Shown in pieces: positions 40,711 through 51,100 of a stretch of DNA of 64,000 nucleotides. The stretch is from an uncultured Phycisphaeraceae bacterium. GTDB taxonomy: Bacteria > Planctomycetota > Phycisphaerae > Phycisphaerales > UBA1924. Location: contig CAYVFW010000001.1 of NCBI GenBank assembly GCA_964450325.1, positions 12,454-76,453 of the forward strand, written 5' to 3'. The first letter of the stretch is position 1. Each line of letters starts with the position of its first letter. Below the pieces are notes generated by a model that saw only the letters and a list, made by a program, of their open reading frames with translations, was not told the origin of the DNA and did no database searches. The translations under genes were made by a program, and so were the position numbers.

Positions 40711-40781
40711 GCAACTGTAAGAATAACTTGACATCTTGAACACAACTTAACATTTGAAGATTGGGAAAAGCAAGGTACGCC

Positions 40782-42227
40782 ATGATCAACACTAAAGACA
40801 TGATGCAGATTCTGGACTCGATTGCACGCGAGCGCAATATTGAGCGTGCTGTGCTCGTCCGCGACCTTGAACAGGCGATGGTCTCCGCTGCTCGCAAGTA
40901 TTTCAACACTCTGGATACCGAAGAATTCACCTGCGTCCTCGATCCGACCTCTGGCCAGTTCCAGATGACTCGCCACGGCGAGCCGCTCGATATGCCCCCG
41001 ATCGCGTTCGGCAGAATCGCGGCCCAAACCTTCAAACAGGTCATGATCCAGAAGTTCCGCGATGACGAGCGGACCAGCATCCTCGACGACTTCACCAAAC
41101 GGATAGGCGAAATTGTGACCGGGACCGCGCAACGGGTTGAGGGTGGCAGCTTGGTGGTCACTATCGACCGCGCGGAAGGCTTCATGCCGCGAGGCGAGCA
41201 GATCCCCGGCGAGCAGTTCGCCCCCGGCGACAGAGTTCGATGCATGATCCTGGACGTGCGAGATGCGGGTAGCCAAGTGAAGATAGTCCTATCGCGAGCC
41301 AACCCCGACTTCATCAAGAAGCTCTTTGAAGTTGAAGTGCCCGAGGTTGCTGAAAAGATTATCGAAATTAAAGCGATGGCGCGCGAAGCTGGATTTCGCA
41401 CAAAGATTGCCGTGTCGAGCATCGATAGCAAGGTTGATGCAGTCGGTGCGTGCGTCGGTGTCCGCGGCAGCCGCATTAAAAACATCGTCGATGAGTTAAA
41501 CGGCGAAAAGATCGATATCGTGCGTTGGAACGAGTCCTCGCAGATTCTCATCCAGAACGCCCTTAAGCCGGCTGAAGTTGCGGAAATCTCGCTCTGCTTT
41601 GAGCTGGGACGGGCGACCGTCGTGGTGCGCGATGACCAACTCAGCCTTGCCATCGGCAAACGCGGTCAGAACGTTCGCCTCGCCGCCCGGTTAACAGGCT
41701 GGGATGTTGACATCCTGACGCCTGATGAGTTCCGTAAGGGCCTTGAAATTATGTATGCCACGGTTCAGAGCGTCGAAGGCATCACTGAGCAGATGGCCGA
41801 CAAACTCGCGGCGATGGGTATGGTCAGCGTCTTTGATATCGAAGAAGTGGGCACCGAGGTGCTCATGTCTGAGTTACAGATCGACGCGGAGGTCGCCGGT
41901 CGAGTCGCTGAAATCTGCGCGGTGAAAGCTAAGGACGTCGCGGAACAGCAGCAGCGAGATAAAGAGATCAAAGAACGCAAGGCTAAAGAAGACGCGGCTA
42001 TTGCACGCACGCTTCTTGAGAATGCGGGCGAGACGCCAGCTTCGGACGGTGTACAACCTGAGATAGCATCGGATGGCTCAGGGGTTACCCCGGCTGACGG
42101 GGCAGGCGATGCACTGCCGGGGGGCGACGCGAGTGCCGTTGCCTCAGAAAGCGGGGCGAGAGCACTGCCTCGTGTTGAAACCGAAGCCGATGCCCAAGCC
42201 CGCGCTGCGAACATTCTCAATGGATGA
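40782..42227 (+). CDS. nusA: transcription termination/antitermination factor NusA
   Basis: NusA N-terminal domain, S1 and two KH domains (GACVGVRGSRIKNIVDELNGEKIDIV, LAIGKRGQNVRLAARLTGWDVDI), and a C-terminal HhH-like repeat with acidic tail. Followed by infB. Confidence 0.93.
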   Translation: MINTKDMMQILDSIARERNIERAVLVRDLEQAMVSAARKYFNTLDTEEFTCVLDPTSGQFQMTRHGEPLDMPPIAFGRIAAQTFKQVMIQKFRDDERTSILDDFTKRIGEIVTGTAQRVEGGSLVVTIDRAEGFMPRGEQIPGEQFAPGDRVRCMILDVRDAGSQVKIVLSRANPDFIKKLFEVEVPEVAEKIIEIKAMAREAGFRTKIAVSSIDSKVDAVGACVGVRGSRIKNIVDELNGEKIDIVRWNESSQILIQNALKPAEVAEISLCFELGRATVVVRDDQLSLAIGKRGQNVRLAARLTGWDVDILTPDEFRKGLEIMYATVQSVEGITEQMADKLAAMGMVSVFDIEEVGTEVLMSELQIDAEVAGRVAEICAVKAKDVAEQQQRDKEIKERKAKEDAAIARTLLENAGETPASDGVQPEIASDGSGVTPADGAGDALPGGDASAVASESGARALPRVETEADAQARAANILNG

Positions 42228-42366
42228 TCGCGGGGATGCGTAGATGGGTCAAGCTTGGTTGACGGTTACGGTGGTGTGTTGGAAACGAGTGAGTAAGTTG
42301 AACTGTGTTGGTTTTCAAATGTAGCTTGGTGTACGGTGCTGGTGAACTTAAACTGGAGAGTACTGT

Positions 42367-45300
42367 TTGGCAGTCAAGAGGATTTTTCAACTCGCGAAGG
42401 ACCTAGGCGTCGATTCAAAGGACATGGTGCGACGGTGTATTCAGGAGGAAATTCCGAATATCACCAACCACATGTCCGTTGTAAGCGTCGGGCTGGAAGC
42501 AACACTGCGCGACTGGTTTTCCAGTCCAAGTGGAGCCAGCGAAGGGGCGGAAGCCGCAGCGACTCATGCGGAAGTGATGTCGCCAGATGCTTCAGCATCA
42601 CAGGCAGAAGCCGACTCTAGCACTGCGGCCAAATCCAAGCGAGCGAAAACCGCGACTAGCAAAGCAGCCGGTCAAAGCAAGGCTTCCGCGCCCTTCGAAG
42701 GCCACGCGCGCGTAGGCGACCCCGTCGTTCCACAACAAGCGTCATCGCTAGGGACGTCAGCTGCTCCTGAGCTAGAGGCAAAACCCAGCAGCCCTGCTTC
42801 AATGGATCGCAGCTCGGCGACGACCAACTCGACCGGCACAGGCGTCCCGGAAACCGATGGCAAAGCCGAGGTGAGCCCGGGAAGCAAGAATTTCCCGCTC
42901 AAGCCGGCAAACGTCCGCGGCCCCATCCTTTCGCAGCAGAACACTTATGTTCCGGTGCGGCGAACCCCCGGTACCGCTGGCACACCGCAAGTATTCGTGG
43001 ATCCGACGGGCGCAAAGGCCAAACCGATCACTCCGACGATCGGGATCCAAGCTAGTTCCTCCATTTCCACAACTCCGCCGGCATCGATGCGACAGGCGAC
43101 GGAGCGTCGGGCCGCGGCGGCGCAGTCCGCAGCCGCCGCGATGAAGCCGCCGTCCGCGGGTCCGTTGGCCAGCTCTGTACCCAGCAGTATCGCATCCACG
43201 CAGATCGCGGCAAGTCCGGCCTCGTCCGGTGCTTCTGCCGCGTCAGACCTCACGCCCGCCGAGTCGCAGCCCGCCGCGCGGCAAGCAGCACCCGTTAACA
43301 TCGCGCGCTCCTCAATCTCGCAAACTCGACCGAGTTCAGCACCGATCCCCAAGGCAGCAACGCCCCCACCGCCCTCACGAATTGAGTCGACTGTTGCACG
43401 GCCGCCGACCGCGCTGAATCAGCCTGCTTCATCGCTTTCATCGGCCGCTCGTCCGGCTGGTCGCGCCCCCGGAGCTGTGCCTACTTCCCGCGTGGTCTCT
43501 GCGGACAACTCCGGACGACCGGGGAGCGATTCGCAGGTACCCTCGCCGCGGACTGACGTCGGACGCGGACCTGGGCCATCTGCGAGCGAGTACGGCGCGC
43601 CCGGTAGTGCTGCTCGATCTGGTCAGCCGCAGCCTGTTCCCACGAACCGCGTGACGCCAGCGCCAATGAATGTGCCGCTTCGGCCTACGGGCGTTTCACC
43701 CGCCGGACCCAAGCTCGAAACGCGGACCAAAGTTACATTGTCAGGCCCGAAGGTCGTTCGCATCGAGGCGCCCGAGCAGGTCCAGGCGCCTCGCCCGCGT
43801 CGGGTTGGTCCCACCGGCCCTGGCACGGGCGCTCCGCGCCCTGGCGGAGCAGAGGACGATCGTAATAGAAGCCCCCGCCGCCGCGATGCGGTGGTAGTAC
43901 CCCCCGGTGCGAAGCGTTCGAGTGGAACGGGAGTTCCCGAGCGGCGCCGTGGACGGAGCGACTCGGATTGGACCGGGGCAGCCGTCGGCACCTTCAGCGA
44001 GACAGATTTAATAGAACGTGAGGAGCGGCTGGCCCGTGCGGGGGGATTCCTTAAGAAACGTAAGCAAGATGCTGCTAATAAGGCCGCTCACGATCTCGCC
44101 GATCAGAGCGAGCCCGAGGGGCGCATCCGCATCGCGGCTCCATTTACGATCAAGGATCTTTCGGCCGCCACCGGGGTCAAGGGTTCGGACATCGTCAAGA
44201 AGCTCTTCATGCAAGGCATCATGAAGAAGATCAACGACGCGATCGAGGTCGATCGGGCGATTGATATTATGATCGACTTCGATATCGATCTTGAGGTCAC
44301 TCAGGCTCAAACCGCCGAAGAAGTGGTTTCGTCGGGGTTTGAAAAGCGTGAGACCAAGGACCTCCGCCACCGCGGGCCGGTCGTTACGATTCTCGGCCAC
44401 GTTGACCACGGCAAGACAAGCCTGCTGGACAAAATTCGTAACACGAACGTCGCCGCGGGTGAAGCGGGCGGGATTACCCAGAAGACCAGCGCGTTCATCG
44501 CGAGCGTCGAGGTTGAAGGCAACAAAAAGGACGTCGTGTTTCTCGATACGCCCGGCCACGAAGCATTTACATCCATGCGTTCGCGCGGTGCCAAGATGAC
44601 AGACGTCGTGGTACTTGTAGTCTCCGCCCCCGAGGGCGTGATGCCCCAAACTATTGAAAGCATCAACCACGCCAAGGCGGCGAAGGTGCCAATCGTCGTC
44701 GCGCTCAACAAAATTGATCGCCCCGATGCGACCGACGCTCAAATCCAGAAGACTCTGGGGCAGTTGGCGAGTGCGGGCTTGAATCCCACGGAGTGGGGCG
44801 GCGATACCGAAGTAATTCGCACGAGCGCGACGACCGGCCAAGGTATTACGCAACTGCTCGAAGTGCTCGATTACCAGTCCCAGTTACTTGATCTTAAGGC
44901 CGACTTTGAAGGCGCGGCTCAGGGCACTGTAATTGAATCAAAGATGGAGGAAGGCCGCGGGGCAGTCGCGAGTCTGCTCTTGCAACAGGGCCGCCTTAAA
45001 CTCGGTGATTTCGTGGTCATGGGACGATCGTTCGGGCGTGTTCGCGATATCACCGACGGTAAAGGAAAGCGTACCAAGGAGGCGTCGCCGCCCTCCCCGG
45101 TGCAGATCTCGGGTATCGATGAAATCTGCGATGCTGGTGATAAGTTCTACGTGGTCGATTCGTTGAAGAAGGCGCAAGAAGCTGCTGATCAGCGGCGGGT
45201 GCGCGAGCGTCAGCTTGCGCTGGCCCAACCGAAAGTTACGTTGGACAACATTCTTACGCAGATCACCGACAAGGAAGTTAAGGAAATCCTGGTCGTGCTC

Positions 45301-45894
45301 AAGACCGACCAGCAGGGCACGGTGGACGTGCTCAAGGGCGAGTGCGAGAAGGTTAAGAGCGCGGAAGTCAAGGTTCGCGTTCTTCACTCCGCGGTCGGCG
45401 GCATCACCGAAAGCGACATCCTGCTCGCGGATGCGTCACGCGCCATCGTGATCGGCTTTAACGTAATCCCCTCCGGCAAGGCGCGTCAGTTGGCCGAGCA
45501 GAAGGGTGTTGAGATCCGAACCTATCAGGTTATTTACGATATAACCGACGACCTCCGCAAAGCCGCCGAAGGTATGCTGGCACCCGAGCTCCGCGAGGAG
45601 ATTCTGGGCCACGCCGAAGTCCGCCAGGTCTTCCGTATCAGCAAGGTGGGTTCCATCGCTGGCTGTTACATCACCGATGGTGTCGTGCAGCGCGATGCGT
45701 TTATCCGCGTTACCCGTAACGGTGTGGTGGTGGAGAACGATCGTAAGCTCAGCCAGCTCAAGCGTCTCAAGGACGACGCCAAGGACGTTCGCGCAGGCAT
45801 GGAGTGCGGCATGAAGATCGACGGCTACGACGATATCAAGGAAGGCGATGTTCTGGAGTGTTACAAGAAGATCGAGGTGAAGCGAACGTTGTAA
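42367..45894 (+). CDS. infB: translation initiation factor IF-2
   Basis: IF2 N-terminal motif [20 protein letters not shown] domain [17 protein letters not shown]...DTPGHEAF...NKID, and a C-terminal beta-barrel. TTG start with GGAGAG Shine-Dalgarno. 1175 aa because of a ~500-aa Pro/Ala/Ser-rich linker. Confidence 0.95.
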   Translation: MAVKRIFQLAKDLGVDSKDMVRRCIQEEIPNITNHMSVVSVGLEATLRDWFSSPSGASEGAEAAATHAEVMSPDASASQAEADSSTAAKSKRAKTATSKAAGQSKASAPFEGHARVGDPVVPQQASSLGTSAAPELEAKPSSPASMDRSSATTNSTGTGVPETDGKAEVSPGSKNFPLKPANVRGPILSQQNTYVPVRRTPGTAGTPQVFVDPTGAKAKPITPTIGIQASSSISTTPPASMRQATERRAAAAQSAAAAMKPPSAGPLASSVPSSIASTQIAASPASSGASAASDLTPAESQPAARQAAPVNIARSSISQTRPSSAPIPKAATPPPPSRIESTVARPPTALNQPASSLSSAARPAGRAPGAVPTSRVVSADNSGRPGSDSQVPSPRTDVGRGPGPSASEYGAPGSAARSGQPQPVPTNRVTPAPMNVPLRPTGVSPAGPKLETRTKVTLSGPKVVRIEAPEQVQAPRPRRVGPTGPGTGAPRPGGAEDDRNRSPRRRDAVVVPPGAKRSSGTGVPERRRGRSDSDWTGAAVGTFSETDLIEREERLARAGGFLKKRKQDAANKAAHDLADQSEPEGRIRIAAPFTIKDLSAATGVKGSDIVKKLFMQGIMKKINDAIEVDRAIDIMIDFDIDLEVTQAQTAEEVVSSGFEKRETKDLRHRGPVVTILGHVDHGKTSLLDKIRNTNVAAGEAGGITQKTSAFIASVEVEGNKKDVVFLDTPGHEAFTSMRSRGAKMTDVVVLVVSAPEGVMPQTIESINHAKAAKVPIVVALNKIDRPDATDAQIQKTLGQLASAGLNPTEWGGDTEVIRTSATTGQGITQLLEVLDYQSQLLDLKADFEGAAQGTVIESKMEEGRGAVASLLLQQGRLKLGDFVVMGRSFGRVRDITDGKGKRTKEASPPSPVQISGIDEICDAGDKFYVVDSLKKAQEAADQRRVRERQLALAQPKVTLDNILTQITDKEVKEILVVLKTDQQGTVDVLKGECEKVKSAEVKVRVLHSAVGGITESDILLADASRAIVIGFNVIPSGKARQLAEQKGVEIRTYQVIYDITDDLRKAAEGMLAPELREEILGHAEVRQVFRISKVGSIAGCYITDGVVQRDAFIRVTRNGVVVENDRKLSQLKRLKDDAKDVRAGMECGMKIDGYDDIKEGDVLECYKKIEVKRTL

Positions 45895-45985
45895 CCAAGA
45901 GCCCGGTTTCAGACCCCGGTAGTTTGCTTACATCGCGGGACCAAACTCGGCGTGTGAATACAGACTGTGCGTGTAAACAAAAACT

Positions 45986-46405
45986 TTGCTTGTTGCCATC
46001 CTCCAGTTTGAGCTGCACATCCACGATGCCTCGTCGCTCAAAGACAAGCGTCGCGTGGTGAGATCGCTCAAAGATAGACTGCACCGCGAGCATCAGTGCA
46101 GCGTCGCCGAGGTCGGGCTGCTGGATCAGATGGGCACCGCGCAGCTGGGCTTGGCACTCGTCGGTTCCGATGCGCGGCACTTAGGGGCAACGCTAGATTC
46201 GATTACGTTAAAGATCCGCGCCTTCTCTCACGAGGCCGAGCTGGGCGACACCTTTCGGGAGATCATAACCAACGGTAGCGGCGCTCAACCCGCCGCCGTT
46301 CAGGGTGCCGGAGAGGGTGGTGATGGCGCGGAAGAGCTTGATGGGGAAGCCGTGGACACGCTGGCGCAGGAGTTGACAAGGCGGATTGATTCGCCGAATG
46401 AATAG
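45986..46405 (+). CDS. DUF503 (YlxP-like) protein
   Basis: Pattern LVAILQFELHIHDASSLKDKRRVVRSLKDRL typical of DUF503. Sits in the conserved position between infB and rbfA. TTG start. Confidence 0.78.
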   Translation: MLVAILQFELHIHDASSLKDKRRVVRSLKDRLHREHQCSVAEVGLLDQMGTAQLGLALVGSDARHLGATLDSITLKIRAFSHEAELGDTFREIITNGSGAQPAAVQGAGEGGDGAEELDGEAVDTLAQELTRRIDSPNE

Positions 46406-46411
46406 TTATAT

Positions 46412-46945
46412 ATGAGCCATAAACTCGAACAGTTTACCGCAGACATCGAACGAGGCGTGCGCGATGTTTTGTCCAAAGGCCTGCAAGACCCGCGTGTGGG
46501 TGGGCTTATCACCGTTACCGCCGTCCGCGTCCTCCCTGACCTCAGCCGGGCCTTCATAGATATCTCGATAATGCCCGAAGCCCGCCAGGAACTCTGTTTT
46601 CACGGGATCACCGCAGCTGCGGCTTACATCCGCCGCGAAGTCTCCAACTCCGTTCGAGCACGTGTGCTCCCCGAGTTTGTTTTCCGGCTCGACACTAAAC
46701 TCAAGAAGGAAGCGGCGATTCTTAAGGGTCTTGAGCAGATTCGTGCTGAACGCAGGTCTAAAGGGCTGCCGGAAATTCCTGAACCTATCCCAGCCGAGGG
46801 CGATGAGATTGCTCAGACGGACGAGACCGACGAGAGTGCCGACCAGGTAGACACTTACCTGCGCGAGGACACCAACGATCCAGCATCTAATGAGCACATC
46901 GACCCCGAGCGTCCAGACCCGCCCCCAGGGCAGCCGCACCCTTAG
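46412..46945 (+). CDS. rbfA: ribosome-binding factor A
   Basis: RbfA pattern LQDPRVGGLITVTAVRVLPDLSRAFIDISI. Carries an acidic C-terminal extension. Confidence 0.87.
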   Translation: MSHKLEQFTADIERGVRDVLSKGLQDPRVGGLITVTAVRVLPDLSRAFIDISIMPEARQELCFHGITAAAAYIRREVSNSVRARVLPEFVFRLDTKLKKEAAILKGLEQIRAERRSKGLPEIPEPIPAEGDEIAQTDETDESADQVDTYLREDTNDPASNEHIDPERPDPPPGQPHP

Positions 46946-47061
46946 CCCCTTTTCAACCAGCCGCTAACCCCCACTATGCTGAACTTCTCCACCTCTGTCA
47001 AAGATTATCTTACCTCGACAACGTAACGTGACTTCACCTCGCACCGCAGAGTATCCACCAC

Positions 47062-48060
47062 GTGTCGCACCCCATTCAGTCTATTCCTGACCGCCTTCGG
47101 GCGCTTATAACCCGCCTTGAAGAGCAGGCGGGCGGATCTCACCAAGCACTGACGACCGCCGCGGCTCACTCCGCCACGCCCCATCATCCCCCGGCGCCCC
47201 AAACACTCTTGTGGCACAGCGTTCACGGAACCTTAATCTGGGAAGCATCCTCTGCGCAGGCCCGGCTTTCGCACCAGCATTTGCTCGAGCATTTCGCCGA
47301 CTATAACGATCTGCGGGTGGCGCCGACGGCACAGATCATTTCTTGCATTGGCGAGCGATCTCCGCTTGTGACCGAGCGATCATTGCGTCTGAAGGCCTGG
47401 CTTGGTGATCTCTTCCGACGAACCCACGCGATGGACCTTGAGTTCCTTCGTAATATTTCGCGAGGCGACGCGAAGGCCTTCCTGCTTTCGTTGGATGGCA
47501 TGCCAGCCAGCGGGGCGGCTTATGTTGCCGGCGGGCTTCTGGGGGATCACTCCATTCCAGTAGATATGCGATTACTTGCGTTGTTCGTGGAGGAGCAGGT
47601 GTTTACCACCCAAACCACGCTCGCCCAAGCGGCGGCAGCGATCGAATCATCCTTCCCGCCCGATCAACTTCCAAAGGTTCTGCGTCTTCTGCGGTGGTGG
47701 TCGGATCATCACGGGCAAGCGCCAAAACGAGAATCGTTTGATTTGTTTAAACCGCAGCCGATCGCACCACTTGAGGTGGCCACCGAAGAGTCGGCACGAA
47801 AACGCGCCCCGCGCCGTCGGTCAGAACTTAAGCTCGAGTCCCGAGGCCGTGGATCACGAGGGAGCGGGTCGGCCGCGCTTTCCGTCGGGGCCGATGTTGA
47901 AGCAGCGGCACAGGCGAAGAAAAGTCCGCGAACGACACAGCCCCCACCCTCGCTTGACGATGCTACGCGGGCCGCCGAAGAAGCAACGAGGCCTGAAACC
48001 GATGCCACACCGGAACCCAGCGACGGGGCTCGACGTAAGCAAACCAAGAAGCCCTCATAG
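47062..48060 (+). CDS. hypothetical protein, possibly HhH-GPD-superfamily-like, with Lys/Arg/Glu-rich tail
   Basis: 332-aa ORF with GTG start. The central segment FADYNDLRVAPTAQIISCIG...LLSLDGMPASGAAYVAGGLLGDHSIPVDMRLLALF resembles the helix-hairpin-helix core of endonuclease III-like folds but lacks the catalytic Lys position. Confidence 0.45.
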   Translation: MSHPIQSIPDRLRALITRLEEQAGGSHQALTTAAAHSATPHHPPAPQTLLWHSVHGTLIWEASSAQARLSHQHLLEHFADYNDLRVAPTAQIISCIGERSPLVTERSLRLKAWLGDLFRRTHAMDLEFLRNISRGDAKAFLLSLDGMPASGAAYVAGGLLGDHSIPVDMRLLALFVEEQVFTTQTTLAQAAAAIESSFPPDQLPKVLRLLRWWSDHHGQAPKRESFDLFKPQPIAPLEVATEESARKRAPRRRSELKLESRGRGSRGSGSAALSVGADVEAAAQAKKSPRTTQPPPSLDDATRAAEEATRPETDATPEPSDGARRKQTKKPS

Positions 48061-48162
48061 CCAACTTTCAATGCGTTTGGAACCGCGATACTGTTATGTG
48101 TAAAGGCTCTATCGACGCGGGTGCGCTCCCCGCCGTCCACCCAGAACGTCGGTTAAAAGCTC

Positions 48163-51100
48163 ATGATGCATGCCCGTCGAATAGCCGAAACTTTCCCCTC
48201 TCTCTTGCCAATCCCCGGTGCAATCCGCCTGTTGCTCCGAGCGGGATCCGCCTCAATCGTAATTGCGGGGTGCTCCATGGCGTTCATTCCCTCTGGATGT
48301 ACGTCCAACACGGGCGGCGTGCGCGAGGCCGATTCGAACCGGGCGGGGGAAGCCACGGGTGGCGGTCGCCGAACGGATTCTGATCAAGCCGATTATTTCA
48401 ACCCTTCATTTGAAGTATCTCCGCGTGCGAAGTTGGAGCAACTGGCTCTGCGGCAGCAGGGATCGGCAGTCGTTCCGCCCAACGTCCCTGACCTCGCGGA
48501 TCAAACCCGACGAACCAAGTTAATTCCTACAGGAATGCCGCCCGAGCGACTTGAGATTGATCTCGCGGCGGCGATCAGTGCGCTCAAATCTGCCCAAAGC
48601 GTTACAACCACTCAGCCAATCGCGGAGAAAGTTCTCACTGCGCAGAACAGCCTTGAGTTGTCTCGTGTGTATTCCGCTGGGCGAGAGAGACTGACCGCGG
48701 GAGATGCTTTAGGTGCCTTGCCGTTGCTTGAGGCGGCAGCAAAGCTCGATCCGGGCTCCGTTGAAATACTTACGGTCCTTGCCGAAGCGCAGCTTGGGGC
48801 AGGGCGGAGATCAGCTGCACTTGCCACTTACGAGCGGGCTATCGCGAGGGGGCTGACCGATGCCACCGTGCTTGCCTTCGTGGGGCGGGAGCAACTCCGC
48901 AACCGCCGCTACGCAGAGGCTGCGCCCTTGTTAGAAGCCTCGCTTAACTCGTCGAGCTTACCAGAACTCGCCAAGGCGGTCGCGGCGGCTGATCTCTCCG
49001 ACGCACTCTTGCAATTAGGTTATGTTCGCGCCTCAGCGCAGCTGCTCTCCGCGACCCTCGTCAAACTTCCAGACGCGGCGACCGCTGGAACGTTAACCTT
49101 ACAAGAGGCCGAGCTCTACCGGCGACGCCCCGAGCTGTGGCAACGGGCCGGCGATCTTCTGCTCGCGGCGAACCTTCCGGCCCAAGCCGAGCAGGCGTTC
49201 GCGAAAGCGGCGGAGTTTCCGGGGGCCGACTCGCAAGCATTGGCACGCCGAAGAGTGGAATCGCTGATTGATCGGGGACAGACCGCGCAAGCAGCGCTAC
49301 TCCTCTTTGATGCCCCGGGGGGCGTTGATGTTAAATTATTATCTCGGCTACTTGGCGATGAATCAATAGCCCCGTCAATCTTGGAATTCGGCTGGGAACG
49401 GGCGATTTCCCAGAGCCAAGCGGACGCGCATCGCACAGTACTGGCTAGTTTCGAGGCTGCACGGGCAACCAATCAATCTCGCGTCGCCTCGCCGATGCTG
49501 GGCTGGTTTTTATATCGCTTCCCCGACTCGCCGGATGCCTTCCCCGCGCTGATCGAGTCGTACGGCACCGATCAGGCCGACAAGCTCACCGATGTTGTCT
49601 CGCGACTATGTTGGAACCGCCCCGAGCTCGGGCTGGCATTCGCTAACGACCTGGTCGACCAGTACGGCGAACTGGAAACCCTATTTCAGTGGTGCCAGAA
49701 GCGGTCAACAAACCAGCCTCGCGCCTGGATGCTTGGACATTATATTACAATCGCTGCCGGACGTACCCCCACCGATGAATCCATAAATAATGCTCCGCGT
49801 GGCACACCCCCTGAGATGGCGGCGGTTGTCCGCACGATGGTTTTCGCATCGCAAGGTCGGTGGATCGAAGCAGAAAAGGCCGCCGCTGTCACGACGGAGC
49901 CGCGGCCGCGAGCACTTGCGCTCGCTTACTTACAGCGGTATGACGAAGCACTTGCCACTGCACCGCGGCCGACGGTCGATGGGCAGAGCACCTCAGCATC
50001 GAACCCCCAGCAAAACTTAGGTTTAGCATCGCTCTCGCCGATGGTGCTGGCCGCATGGGCGATGGAACGTGGCGACTGGCCCGCTGCGGAAAAACTGTTC
50101 CTAGCCGCCAAGCGGGATTCACCTGCTGACGAGCGTTCTTACGCGGCTCTCTTCCAGCTGTACGCGCCCAAGGCACCCCTGTCCGACGAAAGCAAGATCT
50201 CGCAACTCGCCAAAGATCTTCGTCTCGCGTCTCCCGAGAGCCGTTTTGCCAGAAGTATCGCGGCGCGCGATGCGTTAGCACGCGGCCGTTTCCAGCCAGC
50301 GGCTGACATAATTTTCCCTCTCAATCGTGCGGGGCTCGCGACCGCAGACTCACTCGCCCTGCTCGTGGCCCTTTGCGAACGATCGTTGGAGTCTGAGCCC
50401 TCAATTACCGATGATGCGCTTGCACTTCTCGAATCGTCGCAAAAGGGATATCCACTCCACTTAGCATTCTTGTTAAGTCGGGCTCGCCTCATGGTGCTTC
50501 AGAAGAATCACACGGCGGCGGCTTCACTGCTCGAGGTCGCTTACAACCAAACACCTAGGCGAGAGTTGGCTCGCCTTCGCGAGAATATCGTTCGAGAGGG
50601 GTTGCAGGACCCAGCCACCGCCGACGAGTTGCAGCGCATGCGACTTACATCCGCGCCTCGCGATGCGGACCTTACCCTTGAGTATGCCCGATTCCTGATC
50701 GCCCGGAGCGACTTCGTCGCGGCGACCGATGTGCTTTCCGCGGGGTTGCCATCTTCCCTGCCGCTCACTCGGGAACAGTCCCAGCGGCTCGGTGGGCTCG
50801 TCCCTGAGATTAAGCCCGAACTCCTACTCTCATCTGGGCCTGAGACCGCTGATCGAGCATTAGCGCTTTTTGATGCTATTCTCGCCCGCGGGGTCGTGTT
50901 ACCTTTACAGACCCGGCTGTCGCGGGTAATGCTCGTGTGCGCTGGGCACAGTTCAGATTCCAAGCGTATTTACGATGCGGTCAACGACGTAATTGTTTCA
51001 TCGCCAGATCTGTCGCTGCGGCTGCGAGCGAGGGTGATCGAAGTACTGCTCAGCAAGCCCGACCCGAGCGATGCCCTTGCGTTTTTAGGGGAGGTGGTGA

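Noticed and set aside
40541-41659. 372-aa ORF on the minus strand (and a second one, 40419..41276)
   Set aside because: It lies entirely antisense to the well-supported nusA gene. Its composition is Ser/Arg/Thr-rich and low in complexity, as expected for the mirror frame of a GC-biased gene. No recognisable domain.
44008-44853. 281-aa minus-strand ORF
   Set aside because: Antisense to the IF-2 G domain, whose identity is unambiguous. This is a typical shadow ORF.
48331-48340. GATTCGAACC, resembling the reverse complement of a tRNA T-arm
   Set aside because: It lies inside the long TPR ORF (codons for ADSNRAG). No acceptor-stem or anticodon-arm complementarity is apparent around it. I found no credible tRNA anywhere in the window.
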